Positions 57,729 through 64,000 of a stretch of DNA of 64,000 nt are shown here, piece after piece. Source of the DNA: Candidatus Parcubacteria bacterium. Its GTDB lineage: Bacteria; Patescibacteriota; Microgenomatia; UBA12405. Location of the stretch: assembly GCA_023396915.1 (NCBI GenBank), contig JAEWUV010000007.1, positions 82,077-146,076 of the forward strand, given 5' to 3'. The position numbers were made by a program, and so were the translations under genes. Below the pieces are notes generated by a model. That model ran no database searches and had not been told where the DNA came from. It worked only from the letters and a program-made list of their open reading frames with translations. The stretch's first letter is position 1; the number at the start of each line of letters is the position of its first letter.

Positions 57729-58457
57729 ATGTCTAACCCAACAGTCATAAAATTCAACCACGTTACTAAACAATTTAGTAAATTAAGTCAAAAAACTTTC
57801 AAAGAGTTTTTACCAGCCCTTTTCCGTGGCGAAAAAACTATCGAAAGCTTCAAAGCCTTAGACAATATTTCTTTTGAAATCAAAAAAGGGGAGACTATCG
57901 GCATCATCGGCCCCAACGGTAGTGGTAAATCTACTATCCTAAAGCTCATTGCTGGCGTTATGTCACCCAACAGTGGTACTGTAACCGTTCATGGCAACGT
58001 TTCGCCCCTTATCGAACTAGGTGCCGGCTTTCACCCAGAGCTTACCGGCCGAGAAAACATTTATTTAAACGGCTCCATTTTGGGTCTCAAGCGCAAAGAA
58101 ATTACCAAAAATCTTCAATCAATTATTGATTTTGCCGAATTACAGGAATTTATAGATCAGCCGGTCAAACATTATTCTTCCGGCATGTACATGCGTCTTG
58201 CCTTTGCTGTCGCCGTCCACACCCATCCGGAGATCCTTATTGTTGACGAAATCCTAGCAGTAGGGGATACCGCCTTTCAAAAAAAATGCTTTGCCAAAAT
58301 GGAAGAGTTCCAAAAATCAAAAGAGGTCACCACCGTCTTCGTCTCACATGATATGACTAAAGTTAAATCTTTCTGCACTCGTTGCATCTATATAGACCAA
58401 CACAAAATCCAAGCCGACGGTCAACCAAAACCCACTATCCAAAAGTATCAGAAATAA
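57729..58457 (+). CDS. ABC exporter ATP-binding protein (Wzt/TagH-like, short form without C-terminal carbohydrate-binding module)
   Basis: Walker A GPNGSGKST, signature YSSGMYMRL, Walker B ILIVDE. The N-terminus (VIKFNHVTKQF...LDNISFEIKKGETIGIIG) is typical of TagH/Wzt. 242 aa. Confidence 0.85.
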   Translation: MSNPTVIKFNHVTKQFSKLSQKTFKEFLPALFRGEKTIESFKALDNISFEIKKGETIGIIGPNGSGKSTILKLIAGVMSPNSGTVTVHGNVSPLIELGAGFHPELTGRENIYLNGSILGLKRKEITKNLQSIIDFAELQEFIDQPVKHYSSGMYMRLAFAVAVHTHPEILIVDEILAVGDTAFQKKCFAKMEEFQKSKEVTTVFVSHDMTKVKSFCTRCIYIDQHKIQADGQPKPTIQKYQK

Positions 58458-58468
58458 AGATAAATTAT

Positions 58469-60241
58469 CTATTCTTTTACCGGATAAATTAATTGAAATA
58501 CTGCATCATCGTCTTTTTCCAACACTCCGTCAATCAACAAATTACCATCAGAATATGAATTAGATTTAGAATAGACCAAAGATAATGGTGTCTCCACCTC
58601 TTCAACACTTGGTTCAACCGTAAAACAATATTCCTTCCCTTCAGAGTCTTTTAATTCATTAAATAAGACTTCACGATATTCATAGTCTGTGATTTTTTCA
58701 ACGCTAATTGGTGTTTCCAAAATTTTTGTTTTACAATCAGCTTCATACAATTTCAGGCTATAAGGAGTAGCTACTTTCTTTCCGTTTCCGTAAGTCGCAA
58801 AAAACACATTTATTCCCTTTAAATTATTCTTTGGAGACTTAAAAGTTTGATAATAGATATTAGAATCATCAATTTTTCCCACTAATTCATTTCTAGATAT
58901 TAATCCCAAATCATACCAATCAACATCCTTTCTATTTCGCAAATAATTCATTCCTACCACATAAACAAAACAAATTAGTAAGTAAATAAACAAAGGTAAA
59001 AGTGAAAAATATTTTATTTCTTTTTCAATCAAATCATTCTTTTTTTTCTCAAAAAACAAAATGTAAATATATGCTAAAAATGCCGCAAAAAATAAACTAT
59101 AAATAATACTAAAAAATTTAAAATCAGGAAAATAAGTCGAAATAAAATCTCCTAAAGGAATAATTTTATTAATCATCGGGAAACTGACCGAAAATAAATT
59201 CATATCAATGTTTCTTGACCATGAAAACAGACTAATAAAAAAACAAAAAAGAATCAGACAATATAAATAAAACAACCTTCTGTCTTTGTAAACAGTTAAT
59301 ACAAAAAATGGCATAATCCACAAAAACCAATGAGGGATAAAAAAAGAAGCTAAATAAAACAAGGATAAAATCAAAAAACAATATTTAGTTAAAACCTCAT
59401 TTTTATTATCATCATTAACATCTTGTTTAAAAAACAAAAAGAAAACTATCAAAAAATAAAATAAAGGAAATAGTAATGGGCCATTTAAAATATTTCTTTG
59501 AAGAATAAACAATCCTTCACCTCCACCAGTCACAAAAGTATGAGCCACTTCATAAAAAATCATATAGGGAATTAAATAAACCACTGCAGACACTAGACAA
59601 TAAATAATTGTTTTTTTTACATTTTTATTTGCCAAAATAACAGCAGCAGGTAGTACTAAAAATACAGCATAATTCTTCATCGCCATAGACAACCCCAAAA
59701 AAATCATTGCCCAAATATTCTTTTTCTTAAAAGCAAATAACAAAAATAACAAAGAAAAAAACATCGGATAAATATCATTATTTCCCCAAGCAAATGGCAC
59801 AAAGATTAAAACTGGGCAGAGTAACCACAAAAGAAAAATTTTATTTATATCCTTAAAATCTTTTATATGGCTTTTAACTAACCCACCCACCAAAAACAAA
59901 GCTAATATAAACAAAACTAAATACCTCAATTTCAATAAAAAGCTGACCAATACTAGTTGATCTGTAGTAATTTCGTTCATTAAATCAAACTTGTAAATTC
60001 CCAATTTCTGAAATGGAAAATACAATAAACCATCTATCAAATGAAAAACCGGTGGAAAAAATGAAGAATAAGTTAATCCTCTCTCTGCAGTTTCAACTTT
60101 GAGACTAAGATCACCATTGGCAATTCTAGCAGAATTAACAGCAACATTAACTAAATCAGAATGATAAGTAAACTTAGAGATAATCAAAACAATTCCAATT
60201 ACAAAAATTATCCAAAACCAATATTTTTTAAATATTTTCAT
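58469..60241 (-). CDS. Large polytopic membrane protein with C-terminal extracytoplasmic domain (unknown function, candidate glycan-processing enzyme)
   Basis: 590 aa. About 12 TM in the first 430 aa, then a soluble C-terminal domain of about 150 aa. Confidence 0.45.
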   Translation of the reverse strand: MKIFKKYWFWIIFVIGIVLIISKFTYHSDLVNVAVNSARIANGDLSLKVETAERGLTYSSFFPPVFHLIDGLLYFPFQKLGIYKFDLMNEITTDQLVLVSFLLKLRYLVLFILALFLVGGLVKSHIKDFKDINKIFLLWLLCPVLIFVPFAWGNNDIYPMFFSLLFLLFAFKKKNIWAMIFLGLSMAMKNYAVFLVLPAAVILANKNVKKTIIYCLVSAVVYLIPYMIFYEVAHTFVTGGGEGLFILQRNILNGPLLFPLFYFLIVFFLFFKQDVNDDNKNEVLTKYCFLILSLFYLASFFIPHWFLWIMPFFVLTVYKDRRLFYLYCLILFCFFISLFSWSRNIDMNLFSVSFPMINKIIPLGDFISTYFPDFKFFSIIYSLFFAAFLAYIYILFFEKKKNDLIEKEIKYFSLLPLFIYLLICFVYVVGMNYLRNRKDVDWYDLGLISRNELVGKIDDSNIYYQTFKSPKNNLKGINVFFATYGNGKKVATPYSLKLYEADCKTKILETPISVEKITDYEYREVLFNELKDSEGKEYCFTVEPSVEEVETPLSLVYSKSNSYSDGNLLIDGVLEKDDDAVFQLIYPVKE

Positions 60242-61487
60242 ATTTATTCAAAAAAATTTTAATAACTCCCTTTATATAATTCATCCTTTTTTTATCTATC
60301 CCTGGCCAAACCCCTAACCAAAAAGCACTATTCATCACCACATCAGAATTTTTCATACCTCCAACAATTCTAAAATTCTTTTTCAAATTTACATACCCCG
60401 GATGTCTGAGTAAATTTCCAGCAAACACATTTCTAGTTCCTATTTTATTTTTCTCTAAATATTTGGTCAAATCATTTCTAGTAAACGGAGCTGTATTTTT
60501 TACAATTAACGGAAACCCAAAAGGGGATAATTCAACATTTTTATCTTCTTTCATCAAAATAAAATATTTTTCGTATTTTTTAAAAAACTCATACAAACTT
60601 TTATAATTTTCTTGACGCTTTTTAATAAAACCAGATAATTTATCTAACTGAGCCAATCCAATTGCTGCCTGAAAATCGGTTAATTTTAGATTAAACCCAA
60701 CCTCAGAATAAATATATTTGTGATCATAACCATAAGGTAATTCTCCCAATTTCCATTTAAATCTTCTGGCACATGTATCATCCTTACCAGTTCTACACCA
60801 ACAATCACGACCCCAATCTCTAAACCTTCTGACTGCTTTATGAATTAATGGGTTATTAGTAACAATGGCTCCACCTTCACCCATAGTAATATGGTGAGCC
60901 GGATAAAAACTAAAAGTAGCCACATCTCCAAATGTTCCCAAAAGTTTATCCTTATACTTCGTTCCCAAAGCATCACAACAATCTTCAATTACCCAAAGTT
61001 TATGTTTTCTAGCAATCTTCATTATCTTATCCAAATCAAAAGGTCTACCCAAAGTATGGGCCAACAATATTAATTTAGTTTTTTTGGTAATGGCTTTTTC
61101 TATTTTTGCCGCATCAATATTTATGTCATCTTTGGCCACATCCACAAAAACCGGTTTTAAACCATACTGAATTCCCGGATTTACGGTAGTAGGGAAGGAG
61201 ACTGGTGTAGTAATAAATTCATCCCCTCTTTTTAATCTTCTTTCTCCAAAAAGTTCTGAAGTCAAAGCCGCCAATGATAATAAATTTGCCGAAGAACCAG
61301 AGTTAGTCAAAGACACAAATTTAAAACCCGTTATTTTTTTAAATTTTTCTTCAAACTTCAAAGAATATTCACCTTCTGTCCACCACATATCTTTAGCTAC
61401 TTTTATGGCGTTGTCTACCTCTTCCTTCCCAACCACCTTACCAGAAACTGGAATATAACTTTCACCTGGGACAAATTTGCTTTTCAT
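60228..61487 (-). CDS. DegT/DnrJ/EryC1/StrS-family PLP-dependent sugar aminotransferase/dehydrase (RfbH/ArnB-like)
   Basis: SLTNSGSSANLLSLAAL...LAHTLGRPFDLDKIMKIARKHKLWVIEDCCDALG...FSFYPAHHIT are hallmarks of the DegT family. 419 aa. Confidence 0.8.
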   Translation of the reverse strand: MKSKFVPGESYIPVSGKVVGKEEVDNAIKVAKDMWWTEGEYSLKFEEKFKKITGFKFVSLTNSGSSANLLSLAALTSELFGERRLKRGDEFITTPVSFPTTVNPGIQYGLKPVFVDVAKDDINIDAAKIEKAITKKTKLILLAHTLGRPFDLDKIMKIARKHKLWVIEDCCDALGTKYKDKLLGTFGDVATFSFYPAHHITMGEGGAIVTNNPLIHKAVRRFRDWGRDCWCRTGKDDTCARRFKWKLGELPYGYDHKYIYSEVGFNLKLTDFQAAIGLAQLDKLSGFIKKRQENYKSLYEFFKKYEKYFILMKEDKNVELSPFGFPLIVKNTAPFTRNDLTKYLEKNKIGTRNVFAGNLLRHPGYVNLKKNFRIVGGMKNSDVVMNSAFWLGVWPGIDKKRMNYIKGVIKIFLNKYENI

Positions 61488-62650
61488 TTTTTTATTAATT
61501 GAGAAGAGACCTCAAAAGCCCTTTTAATAACCATATCCATATTATAATACTTATAATCAGCCAATCTGCCACACAAATAGAGTAATTTAAATTTTTCTGC
61601 ATCATTCTTGTATTTTTCATAAATGAACCTATTGTCATCAGTCAAAATAGGATAATAAGGTTCATTTTTTTTATCAGAAAACAACGGGTACTCATAAACA
61701 ATAGTAGTAATATTATCAATATTTTGTGTTGGAATTTTTTTATACTCTATAACACGCGTATAACCATTGGCTTTAGGATGAGCCACCACAGGGTATTGTT
61801 GAAAGCTATTTCTATTTATTGTTCTATATCTAAAAACTAAACTACGATAAGGTAGTTTTTTATATCTAAAACCAAATAAATCATCAATAGGACCGGTATA
61901 TACAACAGGGATAGTCAATAATTTATTACCAAACAATATTTCCTTATTAACATCGTCCATTTTAATAAAATCTAAAGCATTCGTTTTTAATTTTATAGTT
62001 ATATTAGGATGATCAAGTAATTTTTCAAAAAAATCAGTATAACTACAATCAGGTATTATTTGATATTTATCATCATAATAAGCATTTTTATCAGACAATC
62101 TAACCGGGACCCTTTGCAGGATACTAATATCTAATTTTTTTAAAGGGGTTCCCCATTGTTTTGATGTATAAGGACCATAATCTAAATCAAATAATCTTTG
62201 TGCATAAAACCTAATTTGTTTATCATTATCTTTTAATAACTCCAGTATTGTTACTGTTTCTTTATTTAAGTATTTTTTTAACAATTTCCTTTTTAATTCT
62301 TTTGCATCTTTTTCTTCATAAAGCATGTCAATAGTTGTAAAATTAAAAGGAGTAGGAGAAATAAAATTTCCTAATTTAGCCCCACACTGTAAAATATAAT
62401 TATTCCATTTTCCATACTTCATAACAAACCTATAAACTTCTTGATCATTGGTGTGAAAAGAGTGTGGTCCATATTGATGAACAAGAATACCGTTTTTATC
62501 AACCTTATCATACATATTTCCGGCAATATGATTTCTTTTTTCCAAAACCAATACTCTTTTACCTTTTTCAGCATGTAAGCGAGCTATAGTAGCACCCGCA
62601 AACCCAGAACCAACGATTAACAAATCATAATCGTCAACATTTATTGACAT
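61484..62650 (-). CDS. glf: UDP-galactopyranose mutase
   Basis: N-terminal FAD-binding motif YDLLIVGSGFAGATIA...VLVLEKRNHIAGNMYD. The 388-aa length is typical of Glf. Confidence 0.8.
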   Translation of the reverse strand: MSINVDDYDLLIVGSGFAGATIARLHAEKGKRVLVLEKRNHIAGNMYDKVDKNGILVHQYGPHSFHTNDQEVYRFVMKYGKWNNYILQCGAKLGNFISPTPFNFTTIDMLYEEKDAKELKRKLLKKYLNKETVTILELLKDNDKQIRFYAQRLFDLDYGPYTSKQWGTPLKKLDISILQRVPVRLSDKNAYYDDKYQIIPDCSYTDFFEKLLDHPNITIKLKTNALDFIKMDDVNKEILFGNKLLTIPVVYTGPIDDLFGFRYKKLPYRSLVFRYRTINRNSFQQYPVVAHPKANGYTRVIEYKKIPTQNIDNITTIVYEYPLFSDKKNEPYYPILTDDNRFIYEKYKNDAEKFKLLYLCGRLADYKYYNMDMVIKRAFEVSSQLIKK

Positions 62651-62657
62651 AATTCAT

Positions 62658-63590
62658 TTAAAAATTTAATTTCTCCCCAATTATATATTGGGGCCTTGCT
62701 TTAGTCTCCTCCACAATCACTTGAATATATTTTCCAATAATACTTAATGCCATCAAATTTAAACCGCCAAAAAAAACTACAGCTAACATTATCGGAATCG
62801 ATGCATTTATTGGATTTCCAAAAACAAATACAGTAAACAAATAACCAACTATGAATAAAAATGATAACAAAGTTATAATCGAACCAAAATAAACCATTAA
62901 ATCCAAAGGTAAATAAGAAAACCCAAAAATCCCTCTTTCCGAATGATGTAAATAATCAAAAAAATTATAAGAACTTTTACCATTTTTTCTTTCTCGTCTT
63001 TGATAGGGGATAAAAGTTCTTTTAAATCCTACCCACACAGTTAACCCTCTCCCAAAACGATATTTCTCTGGTAAAGATTTCAATGCATCAATCACTTTTC
63101 TATCATAAAGACCAAATCCTGTTACATTTATTGGTACGTCAACATTTGAAATTTTTTTAAAAATTTTATAAAACCACTTACGCATTAATGTCATAAAAAA
63201 AGAATCAACCATCCCTTTGTATTGTCCTAAAACCACATCATACCCCTCTTCCCATTTTTTAATAAATTTCGGAATCATCTCTGGCGGATCCTGCAAATCA
63301 CAAGGCAAAAGTATTACAACATGACCACTTGAACTATCTAAACCAGCTTGAGCAGATGCTTCTGGTCCAAAGTTTCTAGACAAAAACACTCCTTTAACTC
63401 TCTTATCTTCTTTTATAATTTTTTTTATCTCTGTTCTAGTGTTATCACAACTCCCATTGTCAACAAAAACAAATTCATAATCATATTTTTTCTCTTTATC
63501 AATTATTTTCTTTATTTCATTAAAAGCCCAATAAACATTCTTATCTTCATTAAAACAAGGAACGGCTATTGTTATTAATTTCATATTCAT
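62658..63590 (-). CDS. GT2 polyprenyl-phosphate sugar synthase (GtrB/ArnC/Dpm1-like) with two C-terminal TM helices
   Basis: ITIAVPCFNEDKNV...FVDNGSCDNT...LPCDLQDPPE. The C-terminal 90 aa hold two TM helices, the classic GtrB/ArnC architecture. 310 aa. Confidence 0.8.
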   Translation of the reverse strand: MNMKLITIAVPCFNEDKNVYWAFNEIKKIIDKEKKYDYEFVFVDNGSCDNTRTEIKKIIKEDKRVKGVFLSRNFGPEASAQAGLDSSSGHVVILLPCDLQDPPEMIPKFIKKWEEGYDVVLGQYKGMVDSFFMTLMRKWFYKIFKKISNVDVPINVTGFGLYDRKVIDALKSLPEKYRFGRGLTVWVGFKRTFIPYQRRERKNGKSSYNFFDYLHHSERGIFGFSYLPLDLMVYFGSIITLLSFLFIVGYLFTVFVFGNPINASIPIMLAVVFFGGLNLMALSIIGKYIQVIVEETKARPQYIIGEKLNF

Positions 63591-63646
63591 TTATATCTTT
63601 AAAATACTTAATTATACAGTCATCAACTTAATAATATTTTTACATC

Positions 63647-64000
63647 TTAATTATCTAATTCTTTTATAATCTTACCAATACCTTCATTAACCTCAACAAT
63701 AGGAGACCACCCTAAAAAATTTTTAGTTTTTTCAAGATTAGGTTTTGGATTCATTATCTCTCTTAATCTATAACTTTTTCCTCCAAAATTGACATTTAAC
63801 TTTTTTGAAAATAATCTTTCAATTAAAAAAACCAACTCCTTCAATTTTATAGAAGTGTTTGCACCAACATCAAGAGATAAATTTTTATTTATTTTTTGAG
63901 ATAAAACCAACTCAATAGCTTTTTTGTAAGCCGAAACCACATCCAATATATAAACTAAGTTAATATATTGATCACCAGGGCTTACATCTAATTTCTTTCC
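63647..64000 (-). CDS. NAD-dependent epimerase/dehydratase family protein, C-terminal part (gene continues beyond the window)
   Basis: The ORF is open to the window edge. The C-terminal sequence (YRLREIMNPKPNLEKTKNFLGWSPIVEVNEGIGKII) resembles the C-termini of nucleotide-sugar epimerases/dehydratases. Confidence 0.5.
   Translation of the reverse strand, partial: GKKLDVSPGDQYINLVYILDVVSAYKKAIELVLSQKINKNLSLDVGANTSIKLKELVFLIERLFSKKLNVNFGGKSYRLREIMNPKPNLEKTKNFLGWSPIVEVNEGIGKIIKELDN

Noticed and set aside
1-64000. CRISPR arrays, rRNA or tRNA genes
   Set aside because: No tandem direct repeats with regular spacers were seen. Intergenic regions are short (mostly under 180 nt), AT-rich, and lack tRNA-like cloverleaf segments or rRNA-like conserved blocks.
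1-64000. Mobile element (IS or transposon) or prophage
   Set aside because: No transposase, integrase, recombinase or phage structural genes were recognised. The wzm/wzt insert and the RhuM-Doc gene suggest horizontal acquisition, but no element boundaries such as terminal inverted repeats or an att site with a tRNA could be defined.

Overview
The window is an AT-rich (about 30% GC) bacterial segment. It is densely packed, has short overlapping gene junctions and small lysine/asparagine/isoleucine-rich proteins, which suggests a CPR/Patescibacteria-like reduced genome. This taxon assignment is inference only. An intact RF2 ORF with many long ORFs shows that UGA is a stop codon (standard code 11).

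Left end (1-7.6 kb): a housekeeping block with a thioredoxin-like C-terminus, prfB, an LCP-family enzyme, and ftsE-ftsX followed by a secreted coiled-coil / C39-like peptidase. It ends with a convergent LPXTG surface protein.

From 7.7 kb to the right edge, almost everything is one very large cell-envelope glycosylation island:
- about 14 GT2 glycosyltransferases, at least four of them Dpm1/ArnC/GtrB-like polyprenyl-phosphate-sugar synthases;
- 4 GT4 glycosyltransferases;
- 19 polytopic membrane genes, at least 11 of them ArnT/PMT (PMT_2)-like GT-C glycosyltransferases. Six of these are close paralogs, five in an unbroken head-to-tail array (32.5-40.7 kb). A further three belong to a second GT-C-like family, and one is a TMTC-like GT-C-TPR fusion;
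- a Wzx-type flippase, an ABC-2 exporter (Wzm/Wzt-like), a hexapeptide O-acetyltransferase, UDP-galactopyranose mutase (glf), a DegT-family sugar aminotransferase/dehydrase and an NAD-epimerase fragment;
- two radical SAM enzymes inside the glycosyltransferase operon: one B12-binding class with an unusual Cx4Cx2C cluster, and one SPASM class.

The ABC exporter's permease and ATPase genes are separated by a 1.4 kb insert of three unknown ORFs. One of these has clearly higher GC, and it is bounded by a nested GC-rich palindrome. Next to it sit a RhuM-Doc (Fic/Doc toxin-like) fusion gene and a YvcK/CofD-like gene.

No rRNA, tRNA, CRISPR array, transposase or integrase was recognised.

The main candidate for a new system is the polyprenyl-phosphate-sugar-dependent GT-C glycosylation machinery, carrying the tandem ArnT/PMT-like paralog array together with the two radical SAM enzymes, in a continuous overlap-coupled operon of about 23 kb and 21 genes (28.7-51.7 kb). 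Also worth a second look are the insert in the wzm/wzt pair and the RhuM-Doc gene.
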